Counted from the stretch's first letter, positions 36,154 to 46,654 are shown. The stretch is DNA of 64,000 bases from Armatimonadota bacterium (GCA_050948905.1 JBMNES010000001.1:896129-960128); one strand, 5' to 3'. A program made the numbers and translations. Notes: a model not told the origin generated them from the sequence alone.

Positions 36154-38373
36154 ATGAACAGAATCACTTTGAGTCTTATGACTGGACTGCTGCTAGCTAC
36201 ATTAGTCCTGACAGGATGTGGCGGCGGCGGTGGTGGCGCAAATGGAATTGCAGGAGGATCAGGCGTCGAAATCACGGTGCTACCTGATACATACTACACT
36301 GGTACCTCCAGCACACCGCTTGGAATATCCAAAGCATCTGGCAGCAACTCTGAGCACCAGATTGTAGCCAAACTGGATACAGGCGCGAAAATTGAGGCTT
36401 TCGACTTCGAAACTGGGGACAAGCTCGGTGAAACAAATGTTGGAAACGATGGCAAGGGTATATTGAGGCTACCCTCCGGCAAAACGGTTTTAATAATTGT
36501 GACTGGCAAGAGAAACGGCAAGCCTTATCGTTTGTCGACGATAATTCCTTCGGTTAACAAGTCTGGAGAATGTTACGTAGGTCCAGCGGAAACATTAGCT
36601 GCGGAAGCGATCGCACAAAAGCATTACAGGCAAACCCCTATAGATGATTCCACCTGGGAGAGTGTGCTCGAGGCCGCTCAGGATTTGTTGGAGCAGGTGG
36701 AGACCCCTGATATTTCTATCGGCGGCGGATTGATTACTGACGCGGCATTCGGCACTCCAGGAAGCATTGATCAGGCCGGCGAAAGCATCATCAATGAGGT
36801 TCCCGACGAAATCGATTCTTCATTGATAAAAGCAAAAAATATTGTGCGCAGGATCAATGAGACTGCCACGCCTCTACAGGATATTCTCCACCAGGAGTAT
36901 CTGGGAATCAATGACATAGCGTTTGCAACGTACCAAGGTATTGAGGCTGCGGGCTTAGGCGATACCTTCAACAAATACCAACTGCTTGGCGACAGGCTTA
37001 GCCAGATGATGATCCCGTTGCTGGACGAAGGTTTTTACTTCAACGGCGATTATGACGTGACCCTGGACGAGCTTGAGGTAGGTAAGAAGTATAAGCTTGC
37101 TGAGGGAGAATGGTCGTATGAGGTCACGGAGATCCCAGGTGGCGTTGCTGGCAAAGTTACAGTCATCAAAGAAAACGGCCCCAACGAAGTATTGACCGTA
37201 GTCGCGAGAGAAGTTGGAAAACTTTGGGAGGTTAAGCAGACATCTTCGTCTGATTCGAATTTGAACTACACGATCACTATGTCTTTAGATAATGACGGTG
37301 ATCCGGAAAACTTTACAATATCCCTGAAAGACAAGGATATTACCACTGCTGTTACTTTTAACGGCTCAATCAATACCGTTAAGAACGGCTCGGCTGTAAC
37401 TACTACTTTTGCTGGAAGTCTTACCTCCAAGGAAGTCAATGTTACACAGGCAAAGGCCACTATTTATCAAGATAAACATAAAGTCAACAGGGTTGTAATA
37501 CAGAATCTTCAGGCAAGCTACCAGGCAGGCTCACTTAAAGCGACCATACGCGGGCAGATGGCAGCAGATATTGAGTCGAAGGAAGCTGCTTCCGGCTCGT
37601 ATACTTGGGAGGAATATCGCCCCACTTCTATTGATGTCAGCGAACTGAAAATTGAGGTCACCGCAGATGGTAAAACATCCAGCTTCAATCTCTCAGGAAA
37701 AATTGACGTCGTTAACTTCCAACGAGGGAACGAATGGTATACCTCTGTTATAAGTAGCCCGACGAACATAGAAGCGCTGTCGTTCTCGGCGTCACTTGAC
37801 AACGATAGTGTCAAAGTAGAGGGCACACTGGAAGCCTCTGCTGAGTTGAGGACAGTCGGCAGTGTGCAGAGAGTATTCCCGACTCGGTTCGTGCTGTCTA
37901 ATTGCAAATATATACGTAAAGGCAAAACGAGCCTAAACGGCACATTCACTGGCGAGTGGGAAAACCCCGGTTACGATAAGAGTTCAGGGTATCCGGAAGG
38001 CACAATCGATGTGGACGCGACATTAAAGCGAGCCGGTTATGACGATCTCGCCGTCAAGTTGAAGCTTGACGCTGATGGCTCCGGAGGTGTTGTTCTCACA
38101 GTGACTAAGCTGGGATGGTCAGATATCTACTTCGCGGGATCTGGTGCGGCTACGTGGTCTGCTGGCACCAGCGCGATCAACACAGCAACGCTCACTCTTG
38201 AGAGCAACAATGGAGTGACTATAGACTTCACAGATAAGAATATGAACGGCTCTGTCAAAGTCGGTGGTGTGGAGAAAGGCACCATCAGCAAAGACGAGTT
38301 TGGTGCCAAAGTAGATTTCCCGAACGGAACTACGACAGACACTATATACTTGATAGGGAATCCTGCTCCTTAG
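36154..38373 (+). CDS. Large beta-rich putative lipoprotein
   Basis: Lipobox LTG|C followed by polyGly; about 740 aa; AT-richer than its neighbours. Confidence 0.75.
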   Translation: MNRITLSLMTGLLLATLVLTGCGGGGGGANGIAGGSGVEITVLPDTYYTGTSSTPLGISKASGSNSEHQIVAKLDTGAKIEAFDFETGDKLGETNVGNDGKGILRLPSGKTVLIIVTGKRNGKPYRLSTIIPSVNKSGECYVGPAETLAAEAIAQKHYRQTPIDDSTWESVLEAAQDLLEQVETPDISIGGGLITDAAFGTPGSIDQAGESIINEVPDEIDSSLIKAKNIVRRINETATPLQDILHQEYLGINDIAFATYQGIEAAGLGDTFNKYQLLGDRLSQMMIPLLDEGFYFNGDYDVTLDELEVGKKYKLAEGEWSYEVTEIPGGVAGKVTVIKENGPNEVLTVVAREVGKLWEVKQTSSSDSNLNYTITMSLDNDGDPENFTISLKDKDITTAVTFNGSINTVKNGSAVTTTFAGSLTSKEVNVTQAKATIYQDKHKVNRVVIQNLQASYQAGSLKATIRGQMAADIESKEAASGSYTWEEYRPTSIDVSELKIEVTADGKTSSFNLSGKIDVVNFQRGNEWYTSVISSPTNIEALSFSASLDNDSVKVEGTLEASAELRTVGSVQRVFPTRFVLSNCKYIRKGKTSLNGTFTGEWENPGYDKSSGYPEGTIDVDATLKRAGYDDLAVKLKLDADGSGGVVLTVTKLGWSDIYFAGSGAATWSAGTSAINTATLTLESNNGVTIDFTDKNMNGSVKVGGVEKGTISKDEFGAKVDFPNGTTTDTIYLIGNPAP

Positions 38374-38396
38374 ACCAGGTATCTATCTTACTGCGC

Positions 38397-39581
38397 ATGG
38401 AACCTTCAGTGAATCTGGAGGTTCCATCTATTATCGGAAGCGATTTGAATATTGTGATTTATCGCGTAATCTGGACTTCTCTCATTTTTGCGTTTTTGGT
38501 TAATCATTGCCAGGCTGAGAAAATCCCTCTGCCTCCCACTTTTATCACACAAGACATTATCGCGGCAAGCGCAATTTCACATAATCCCTCGCGCTTCGAA
38601 ATAGATGCTGGGGGGTGCGTTGGAGGCTTCAACAACATTCGGTCTATATGGTCGTTGGCTTCAAAGGATCAATCACCCATAAGAGTTGATTCTGACAGGC
38701 CATATGCTCGGCTGAGATTCGGCCAGTGGGCGAGATTATCCAACAAGAATTGGTTTGTGGCGATAGGATCGGGATTCAGAGACGAGTACGATGGTAACCA
38801 GGACGCAGCCCAGCTATATGTCGACCTCCGCACGAGATTGCGCAGCCAGGACGATTATGCTCCGATAGCCAGTGACCTGCACGTGGCGGCAAGTTGGTAT
38901 GGTGTCGGCAAACAAATTGATTTTAAGATGGGGGCTATCGACACAAGCACCCAGGTAATGGCTCGCTATTTGCGAATGACGGATTTGCTGGCTCGGGATC
39001 TGGAGGGGTCGCTTACCACGGAGGAATTCTCGGGAAACATACGTATTCTCTCGTCTGATTACTCTGATCGAGTTTTCGGATCTGGATGGGCGCTGGATTT
39101 CAGATCAACTTTTAAGGCAAATAATACCTGGGAAGGATTGGTTGCTGTTGAAGGTCTGTTGGGCTGTGCCAAATGGGAAAACCTCGCGGATCGGAATTTG
39201 TACTTGCGGTCGGCTTATGTTTTTACAGATCCCGATGGATTCTACCGAGACGCGGGCGGATTATCCGGCACCACACAAAAACGAAATTTGACGCTTGATA
39301 TCAATCGCCATTGTCGATTTGAGCTAATGCGTAAATCAAAAACAGTGTATTTGTTGGGTGGTATGTCGTGGCAAGAGGGCTATGATTCGGTGCCGGACTT
39401 CGGGGTAGCGGTAAAGAAGTATAAGTCGATAACACCATACACCCGCGTTTATCCCACCGAAAACCGAGTCGAGCTTGGAGCCACGGGGCGAGGCTGGCAT
39501 TTGGCGTTCTCAGGCGACAGTTGGCTGTTTGCATCGCCAAAAAATGCTACGGTAGACTTGTCTGCGGCGCTGGTATGGTAG
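38397..39581 (+). CDS. Putative outer-membrane beta-barrel protein
   Basis: Signal-like N-terminus, alternating amphipathic strands, C-terminal Trp; start codon uncertain. Confidence 0.5.
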   Translation: MEPSVNLEVPSIIGSDLNIVIYRVIWTSLIFAFLVNHCQAEKIPLPPTFITQDIIAASAISHNPSRFEIDAGGCVGGFNNIRSIWSLASKDQSPIRVDSDRPYARLRFGQWARLSNKNWFVAIGSGFRDEYDGNQDAAQLYVDLRTRLRSQDDYAPIASDLHVAASWYGVGKQIDFKMGAIDTSTQVMARYLRMTDLLARDLEGSLTTEEFSGNIRILSSDYSDRVFGSGWALDFRSTFKANNTWEGLVAVEGLLGCAKWENLADRNLYLRSAYVFTDPDGFYRDAGGLSGTTQKRNLTLDINRHCRFELMRKSKTVYLLGGMSWQEGYDSVPDFGVAVKKYKSITPYTRVYPTENRVELGATGRGWHLAFSGDSWLFASPKNATVDLSAALVW

Positions 39582-39660
39582 ATGGCGAATTAACACATCC
39601 GTCAGTCAGCGACACCCGATAACCTCCTGCGAAAGTTAGCGAGTGGCAGCGTCAAAATAT

Positions 39661-39780
39661 AGATGGGCGGCGATCTCCGAATCGCCGCCCTTTATTTATG
39701 ATATGGCCGGGACAGAGACCAGCCACTACATTTTGGCCTCAGTTATGAAATGGCCGGGACAGAGGCCGGCCACCACATTT
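39661..39780 (+). repeat. 75-bp direct repeat, right copy, plus an extra GTAG-type palindrome
   Basis: 39661-39735 matches 35743-35817; TGGCCGGGACAGAGGCCGGCCAC recurs at 39751. Confidence 0.9.
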
Positions 39781-39796
39781 CCAACTACCCCGCCGT

Positions 39797-40834
39797 TTAC
39801 CTCACCTTATGCTTAGTAGTAAGATTCGTTGTAAGATCCAGCCAGACGTTATCCCACTTTATGGAAATATCATCGGGCGAACTGGAAATGGTAGTCTTCT
39901 GGTAAGGCTTCAGGTCGATTACGCTCGATCCCGCTGTTCCCGAAAGGCCGATCGGACTGAGGTTCTCAATTTCTACACCCCCCGCAGCCTTCTTCGCAAC
40001 GACGCTGGCGACCAGCAAATCGGTCAGCAAATCAGCGCGACCCCACAGCATTCCGTTAAACCACGCCGCCGTCCTCCTGGCCTTGATCGCGTTCATCACG
40101 CCCTTATTCGTTCGCTCAGTCACCAAAAGCAGCGTCACAGGAGACGTATCCGGCGCCCTGTTTCCATGCACATCGGAGTTGGCGAAGATAGCCAGGTTAT
40201 TTTTGAGAGCGAAATCGACTGCATGCGGATACCACCAGGTACCGTGGTCTTCGATCGTATTCCAGCCCTTGCCCACAACTCCGTTCTTATATTCGATCCC
40301 CTGGATAATTCCCTGTTCAACTCCCCAGAGCACACACTCGCGATATCCGACGTGCGGGTGAGGGTAGATGACCAGCCCTCCTGCGTCGGCTATTTTTTTC
40401 AGTTCATCGCGATAATACGCCTTCGCCTCGCCTGGATTCTCCGCCCAGTAGTGGGCATCACGGATCGGCAAATCCGCAGGAACATTAAGCACAACCAGAT
40501 GTTCCTTGCCTGCAACACCCGACTCATAGCCTGTGATTACGATCATCCCGAGCTGTTCGCCGACATATTTCGCTACTCGGCAGCCCCCCATTTTACCGTG
40601 ATCGGTCACCGCTATGGCGTCGTAACCCCATCGGTAGGACTCCTCAACACGCTCTCTGGTGTTGAGCTTGCCGTCGGAGTGCGTCGTATGCATGTGGAAG
40701 TCCCCTGTGATGACCTCATAAGGCCCCACCTTTGGAAAATCATGTCTAATAGGCGCGTTGGCACCACAGCACGACACACCCGCCAGCATAGTAATAAAAA
40801 GCATAATAACCACCAAACCAATTTGCTTTCTCAC
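39797..40834 (-). CDS. PHP-domain metallohydrolase, exported
   Basis: GDFHMHTTHSDG, AVTDH, HPH and NSDVH motifs; GTG start after AAGGAG. Confidence 0.85.
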   Translation of the reverse strand: MRKQIGLVVIMLFITMLAGVSCCGANAPIRHDFPKVGPYEVITGDFHMHTTHSDGKLNTRERVEESYRWGYDAIAVTDHGKMGGCRVAKYVGEQLGMIVITGYESGVAGKEHLVVLNVPADLPIRDAHYWAENPGEAKAYYRDELKKIADAGGLVIYPHPHVGYRECVLWGVEQGIIQGIEYKNGVVGKGWNTIEDHGTWWYPHAVDFALKNNLAIFANSDVHGNRAPDTSPVTLLLVTERTNKGVMNAIKARRTAAWFNGMLWGRADLLTDLLVASVVAKKAAGGVEIENLSPIGLSGTAGSSVIDLKPYQKTTISSSPDDISIKWDNVWLDLTTNLTTKHKVR

Positions 40835-40949
40835 AGCAAACCCCTCCTTAACCATTTCTTCTACGACAAAGCCAGGCCATCCTTCTGTTGAGCTATTCAG
40901 AAGGATTTTTGAGATCACTTGCGAATGTAATGCTGTAACGGAGGTAGCG

Positions 40950-41729
40950 ATGAGAGCATTTATTTTATGCGACTACGAAGGCACAACCGGGGTAGTGGCC
41001 TGGGACGAAGAAGAAGCTGCTTTAGGGGCAGAGTCTATGGCTGGGGATGTTAACGCAACCATCGAAGGGCTGCGGCAGGGAGGATTCACGGAGTTTGTCG
41101 TGCGGGATTATCACGATCACGGCAAGACCATCCATCCGGCCTCACTTGATCCTCAGGCGACGTTGATTCGGGGCAAATCGACCCCATATCCCTATGGACT
41201 TAGCTCCGATTTCGACGCGATGTGCTTTATCGGCGCGCACTCGATGGCGGGCACAGCCAACGGGGTTATGTGTCATACTATGAACGGTCAGGTCCACGCC
41301 ATCCACATCAACGGCATCAAGATCGGGGAAATCGGCGGATATGCCTATTTGACCAGTTCTTTTGGAGTGCCGCTGATTCTGGTGAGCGGGGATAAAGCTG
41401 CTTGTGACGAGGCTGTCGCGCTGATCGGCGATGTGGAAGTGGCCCCAACCAAGTTCGGTTTGACACGCAACTGCGCAGAGGTGCTGCATCCCACGGTATC
41501 CAGAAAGGGCATTACAGAGGCTGCCTACCGCGCAGCAAAACGTGTTAAGGAGTTCCCACTGATAACCACAGACCTGCCGTGCCACGTCGATGTCACATAT
41601 CACAACCCCGACACCGCCGACCGGGTCTTTGACACCGCCGGTGGGGAAAGAATAGATGGATGCACGGTGCGAATTACGGCAAACACCATTTACGATGCAT
41701 TTAAGAGATTCGAGCGCGGGTTCCAGTGA
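40950..41729 (+). CDS. M55 family D-aminopeptidase (DppA-like)
   Basis: DYEG, DYH, FIGAHSMAG, CHT, GEIG and VSGD motifs. Confidence 0.85.
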   Translation: MRAFILCDYEGTTGVVAWDEEEAALGAESMAGDVNATIEGLRQGGFTEFVVRDYHDHGKTIHPASLDPQATLIRGKSTPYPYGLSSDFDAMCFIGAHSMAGTANGVMCHTMNGQVHAIHINGIKIGEIGGYAYLTSSFGVPLILVSGDKAACDEAVALIGDVEVAPTKFGLTRNCAEVLHPTVSRKGITEAAYRAAKRVKEFPLITTDLPCHVDVTYHNPDTADRVFDTAGGERIDGCTVRITANTIYDAFKRFERGFQ

Positions 41730-41751
41730 GATAGGTTTGTGACTGCGTTCA

Positions 41752-41970
41752 GAGAAAACGCGAAAACCCGAAAGAGGCGAAAGTCAGAAAATAATGGAAA
41801 GCGCTGCGTTGATGGATCGAACTTCCAACATCTGACCTCGGACATCGAAAAAAGCAGATTTCTCACTGCGTTCGAAATGACAGGGAGGGTGTCCGAAATG
41901 ACAGGGAGGGTGTTCGAAATGACGGGGAGGAAGTTCGAAATGACAGGGAGCGTGTTTGAAATGACAGGGA
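41752..41970 (+). repeat. Composite element: CGAAA 9-mers, heptamers, hairpin repeat and 21-nt array
   Basis: AAATGAC ends at 41881, 41902, 41923, 41944 and 41965. Confidence 0.9.
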
Positions 41971-41994
41971 ATCGCATTGCGTGAGCAGGTTTGG

Positions 41995-42021
41995 GGCCCG
42001 GATCAGACGATCCGGGCCTTT
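41995..42021 (+). terminator. Intrinsic terminator-like hairpin between convergent genes
   Basis: GGCCCGGATC-AGAC-GATCCGGGCC-TTT. Confidence 0.6.
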
Positions 42022-42029
42022 GAATTGCT

Positions 42030-42707
42030 CTATTCGTGCTTGCACCAGCCCTTTATGGCTGCTTTTATTATGTTCACCGCATCTTCATTTGTAAAGTTGT
42101 CCATCCATAAAGTGAGGTCGAATTGTGCAGCATCGGCTCGTTCTCTGCCGAATAGGCTGATGAGGAACTGCCTTCTGCTGCGGTCGGAGTTGCGGAGTTT
42201 TTCGCGAGCTTGCTCTGCCGTCAGGCCCTCGAACTGTATCATGTTCTGAATCCGCAGATCGTCGGATTCATCGATTCTTATTTTTAATGCATCGGGAAGA
42301 ATCAGGTTCGCACCTCTTCCCAGTATGATGGCGTTTCCGAGGCGGGCGATCGATTTCACCGCTCGGGCCAGGTGCCTGGCATATATGAACCCGGCCATCT
42401 GCTCATCGCCGAACAGTCCCCGCGCGAAAAGTTCGATTTCCGAGACGGTATGCTCATCGAACGCCTGCACAACCTTCTGTGACACTCTCGCATGCTGCGC
42501 CATTGAGTTGACCAGTTCCTTGTCCCACAGGCTCCAGCCCAGGTCCTCGGCGAGTTTCTCGGCGATAATGCGCGCCCCACTACCCATTCTCCGGGAAATC
42601 GTCACTACAGAGTGTGTGCAAACCTCCTCAATGCTCTGCTGCCTCTCCCTGGCAAGCTGCGACCTACGCACCTGCTCGTTGACAATCTGCTCAATGTGTC
42701 TTGCCAT
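42030..42707 (-). CDS. Cytidylate kinase-like family protein
   Basis: VTISRRMGSGA, IILGRGAN and FDL motifs. Confidence 0.8.
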   Translation of the reverse strand: MARHIEQIVNEQVRRSQLARERQQSIEEVCTHSVVTISRRMGSGARIIAEKLAEDLGWSLWDKELVNSMAQHARVSQKVVQAFDEHTVSEIELFARGLFGDEQMAGFIYARHLARAVKSIARLGNAIILGRGANLILPDALKIRIDESDDLRIQNMIQFEGLTAEQAREKLRNSDRSRRQFLISLFGRERADAAQFDLTLWMDNFTNEDAVNIIKAAIKGWCKHE

Positions 42708-42846
42708 CTCGCCTTGACCTCCCTTTCATCAGTCCCTTGCCAGCATTATACAACATTAAGGCAGTCGCGTAAGCCGCGTGCGTAACACAATACGTTATGC
42801 GTCTAATATCCTACCCGTAAAATGGAATTAGAATGCTTTTTATCCG

Positions 42847-44184
42847 TCAAGCAGCTTTTTTGAGGCCTGGCGCATCCTCCATCAGCTCATCAACGCTCAC
42901 CCCCATATCGCAGCAGGCCATCTGTATTAGGTCCTGATAATGGGCAGCATCTGTCGGGTATTTTGCTATGCCTATCCGAGCCGTGGCGCCGATTTTTACG
43001 GTTTTTCTGCCGGATTCTATCTCTATACCGCTTACAATATCACGCATCCGGTCTGCAACAACCTGCGCCTGCGCGTGAGTATGAGGCAAAATCAGCGCAA
43101 AGCTGGTCTGTCCAAATCGAGCCACTATATCCATCCTGCGAACCGAGGACCGTATAGTCTGTGCAGCAGCATACAGCACGTCATCGAGCCTGAGCATTCG
43201 CAGATACTTCTCCGTGTCCTCAGGCAGACATATATCCACCAGCACCAACGCGAGCTTACATCGCGATCTGTAGGCTCGGTTGACCTCTTCATCGAGCCTT
43301 TGCTCTAAATAATAGCGATTGTAAAGGCCAGTGGTGTTGTCTATTACGCTAATTTCGTCTTTCGGCTGAGTGACCGGGCGCGCCGAGACCAGGGTTCGTT
43401 GAATCTGTGCGTCGCGGATTTCCTCCGTGGCAAGTATCTTTTTTAACTTTTTGGTGCCATTACGGAGTATATGGGAGACATAATTGCAGCTTATCCCCAT
43501 CTTCTTTGCGATCTCGGTCTGATTGTGGCCTTTATAGTAGTGCTCTGCTATCACTTTCTGCTCGATATCCTTCAGGCGCTCCATAGCTGTTTCGAGCACT
43601 ATTTTATCTTCCAGAGGCAGTTGGAACGTGACCACCTTATCGTCTGCGATCTTCTCGGAGTCTCGCAAATTAGGCGCTTCATCGTTGTCGCCGTCCAGCG
43701 AACCCACCTTGAAAACCTCACGAGTGGTCAACAGATCCGCAACCGTGCATTCCGGCATCTCCATCACCTCACCGATTTCCTTTTCGGTGGGCTGCCGGTT
43801 TAGTTTATGGCTGAGAGATTCTATCACACGGGTCATTTTCTGGTTAAGCTCCTGCAGCCAGGCCGGTTCCTTTATGATTTTGCCCTTATCGCGCAGGTAG
43901 TGCTTGATCTGACCGATGATAAAATGCGTGGCATAAGTCGAGAACTTCACACCCTTTGACGCATCGAACTTGTCGACCGATGAGATCAGGCCGATGTAGC
44001 CTTCCTGGCACAGATCCTCAAGCGGTTCCAGCGCACCCACAAACCGGCGGGCTATGCTCTCGACCAGGTTGGTGTACTGCATGACGATCTCATCCCGAAC
44101 CTCAGGATCCGGATTCTCGGCGTAAGCCGCCAGCCTCTGTTGGATTTCTTCTTCAGTTAGCTTTTTTACGCTTCCTACAAGCAT
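42847..44184 (-). CDS. SigB/SigF-type sigma-70 factor fused to a degenerate GGDEF domain
   Basis: Region 2 EDLCQEGYIGL...KFSTYA...IKHYLRDK; region 3 RQPTEKEI; region 4 QTEIAKKMGIS; then DNTTGLYNR and RRMDIVARFGQTSF. Confidence 0.88.
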   Translation of the reverse strand: MLVGSVKKLTEEEIQQRLAAYAENPDPEVRDEIVMQYTNLVESIARRFVGALEPLEDLCQEGYIGLISSVDKFDASKGVKFSTYATHFIIGQIKHYLRDKGKIIKEPAWLQELNQKMTRVIESLSHKLNRQPTEKEIGEVMEMPECTVADLLTTREVFKVGSLDGDNDEAPNLRDSEKIADDKVVTFQLPLEDKIVLETAMERLKDIEQKVIAEHYYKGHNQTEIAKKMGISCNYVSHILRNGTKKLKKILATEEIRDAQIQRTLVSARPVTQPKDEISVIDNTTGLYNRYYLEQRLDEEVNRAYRSRCKLALVLVDICLPEDTEKYLRMLRLDDVLYAAAQTIRSSVRRMDIVARFGQTSFALILPHTHAQAQVVADRMRDIVSGIEIESGRKTVKIGATARIGIAKYPTDAAHYQDLIQMACCDMGVSVDELMEDAPGLKKAA

Positions 44185-44259
44185 GTGTTTCCTCTCCGCA
44201 TGCCGGTTAAATCGTGAACATGCCGGTAATATATTCGTTGCCTTCCCTGGCTGACGACG

Positions 44260-45471
44260 TTAGTTTATGTTGCTGATAAGTTTGAATATAGGCGCCATGA
44301 TGGACACAGCGATAAACCCGACGATGCCTCCCATGGTGACTATGAGACAAGGCTCAATAAGAGAGGTGAGCGTCTTCACTGCGGTTTCCACCTCAGAATC
44401 ATAAAAGTCCGACACCTTGGCCAACATATCCGATAACCGGCCGGTTTCCTCGCCGATGTCGATCATATGTGTGACCATCCCCGGGAACAGATTGCTCTGA
44501 GCCAGCGGAGTGCTGATTTTTTGGCCTTCTCGAATGGCAGAGCGCGCATTTTCAATAGTCTGCGAGATTACCCTGTTGCCCGAAGTCTCCCCTACGATCT
44601 CCAATGATCTCATCATAGGCACACCGCTTGCGATCAACGTCGCAAACGTGCGGGCAAACCGCGAGATCGCCATTTTCTGGACCAGCTCCCCTACTACTGG
44701 CAGCTTCAATTTCAGCAAGTCTATCTGCCGGCCGCCCGTCTCGGTCTTGCTGTACCATCTATAAAAGAAATATCCACCCAGTGCCGCGCCGAGGCCGATA
44801 TACCAGTAGTGCTGAGCAAAGTCGCTTATTCCGAACAGAAATTTCGTCGCGCCCGGCATCTCGACGTTCATAGAGTCGAATATCTCTTTGAACTTGGGCA
44901 ACACAAACAACAGCAATGCGACGACCATCAGTAACGCGAATACAAGCACCAGGATCGGATAGATCATCGCACCTTTGATCTTGGCACGAATCTCCTGTTC
45001 GTCCTCCAGAAACGTCGCCAGCCTGTCGAGAATCTTGTCGAGAATACCGCCCGTCTCCGCAGCCCGGACCATGTTCACATATAGTCTCGAAAAGACATTC
45101 GGGTGCTTGCTGAATGCATCCGTCAGGCTCAAGCCCCCTTTGACATCCTTCTTGCACGCGGCTATGACGGGTTTCAGAGCAACATCCTTGGTCTGGCCTT
45201 CGAGAATATCCAGACACCTCACAATGGCGACCCCAGCATCTATCATTGTGGCAAATTGGCGGCTGAACACGACCATAGAAGCCAGCTTTACTTTTTTACT
45301 GCTGGTGCCTTTTGTGGCGGCTTTAGCACGTGTTTTATCCTCGGTTATATTTAAGACGTGATATTGCTGGTCGTGCAGTTTGGCCAGGACCAACTGCTCA
45401 TTTTCTGCCTCTATTCTTCCCCGGACAGATTTGCCCGACGGATCGACTGCCGTATATACGAAGTTGGACAT
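44260..45471 (-). CDS. pilC: Type IV pilus platform protein PilC (T2SS F family)
   Basis: FSRQFATMIDAG, AAETGG, IYP, IGEETG and LIEP motifs. Confidence 0.93.
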   Translation of the reverse strand: MSNFVYTAVDPSGKSVRGRIEAENEQLVLAKLHDQQYHVLNITEDKTRAKAATKGTSSKKVKLASMVVFSRQFATMIDAGVAIVRCLDILEGQTKDVALKPVIAACKKDVKGGLSLTDAFSKHPNVFSRLYVNMVRAAETGGILDKILDRLATFLEDEQEIRAKIKGAMIYPILVLVFALLMVVALLLFVLPKFKEIFDSMNVEMPGATKFLFGISDFAQHYWYIGLGAALGGYFFYRWYSKTETGGRQIDLLKLKLPVVGELVQKMAISRFARTFATLIASGVPMMRSLEIVGETSGNRVISQTIENARSAIREGQKISTPLAQSNLFPGMVTHMIDIGEETGRLSDMLAKVSDFYDSEVETAVKTLTSLIEPCLIVTMGGIVGFIAVSIMAPIFKLISNIN

Positions 45472-45477
45472 AGCCTG

Positions 45478-46605
45478 TTAGCCTCCCTGGAGGAATCGCT
45501 TGTAGTTTTCCCGGTCGATAGCTCGTGACATAGCTTCTTCATTGGTAATTCTGCCGAATCTATATAGGTCTGCGAGCACTTTGTCCATTGTTTGCATGCC
45601 AAATTGTGCGCCAGTCTCCAGTGCGCTGTAGATCTGGTAGGTTTTGCCCTCTCGTATCAGGTTCCTTATGGCCGAAGTGGCTACCATGATCTCGATCGCC
45701 GCAACTCGTCCTCCGCCTGTCTGAGGGCAGAGCTGTTGTGCTATTACAGCCTCGAGGCTGTTTGATAGCTGCACCTTTATCTGATCCTGCTGATGGGGCG
45801 GAAAGACGTCGATGACGCGGTCGATGGTCTGCGGCGCGTTGCGAGTGTGCAGGGTGCCGAAGACGAGGTGACCGGTCTCAGCGAGGGTGAGAGCGGCGGC
45901 GATGGTCTCCAGGTCGCGCATCTCCCCTATGAGTATCACATCCGGATCCTCTCGCAACACAGCGCGAAGGGCATTTTCAAACGAGTCCGTATCGGTGTTC
46001 AGTTCCCGCTGGTTGATCATCGCCCGTTTGTGCCGGTGCAGATACTCGATGGGGTCCTCTATGGTCATTATATGGATCGGCTGCTCAGCGTTGATAGCAT
46101 CAATCATGCACGCGATTGTGGTCGATTTGCCGCTACCCGTCGGCCCTGTCACCAATATCAGCCCGCTGTGTTTGCGGGTCAATTCACGAAGCACCGGAGG
46201 CAGGCCGAGTTGTTCGAAGCTCGGGATCTGGTCGGGGATAGCCCGTAGAGCCGCCCCTACGCTGCCGCGCTGCCGGTAGACATTTACTCTAAACCGGCCG
46301 ACTGCGCTGACCCCATAAGAAAAGTCCAGTTCGCGGGTTTTCTCGAACCACTGAACCTGATCGGTGCTCAGGATATCATATATGAGCCGCTGGCTGTCAT
46401 TGGGCAGCAGCGGAGCGTAGTTCAGGTGCTGCAGGGAGCCGTCGACGCGCACCACCGGCGGTAATCCTACAGTCAAGTGAAGGTCCGACGAGCCTTTCTC
46501 GCACGCGTCGCGAAGCAGATCGTCGAGATGTATCTCGCTGACCGATTTTACCTCATCGTTAGTAGTGTAACCCTCACTCAGTCCCTCAAGGGGAATGCCT
46601 TGCAT
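45478..46605 (-). CDS. pilT: Type IV pilus retraction ATPase PilT
   Basis: GPTGSGKST, TIEDPIE, LREDPD and AIRNLIRE motifs. Confidence 0.95.
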   Translation of the reverse strand: MQGIPLEGLSEGYTTNDEVKSVSEIHLDDLLRDACEKGSSDLHLTVGLPPVVRVDGSLQHLNYAPLLPNDSQRLIYDILSTDQVQWFEKTRELDFSYGVSAVGRFRVNVYRQRGSVGAALRAIPDQIPSFEQLGLPPVLRELTRKHSGLILVTGPTGSGKSTTIACMIDAINAEQPIHIMTIEDPIEYLHRHKRAMINQRELNTDTDSFENALRAVLREDPDVILIGEMRDLETIAAALTLAETGHLVFGTLHTRNAPQTIDRVIDVFPPHQQDQIKVQLSNSLEAVIAQQLCPQTGGGRVAAIEIMVATSAIRNLIREGKTYQIYSALETGAQFGMQTMDKVLADLYRFGRITNEEAMSRAIDRENYKRFLQGG

Positions 46606-46654
46606 TATAAAATCCTCCGTCTGTGATCGCTCTTTGTCAGATCACAGGATTGCG

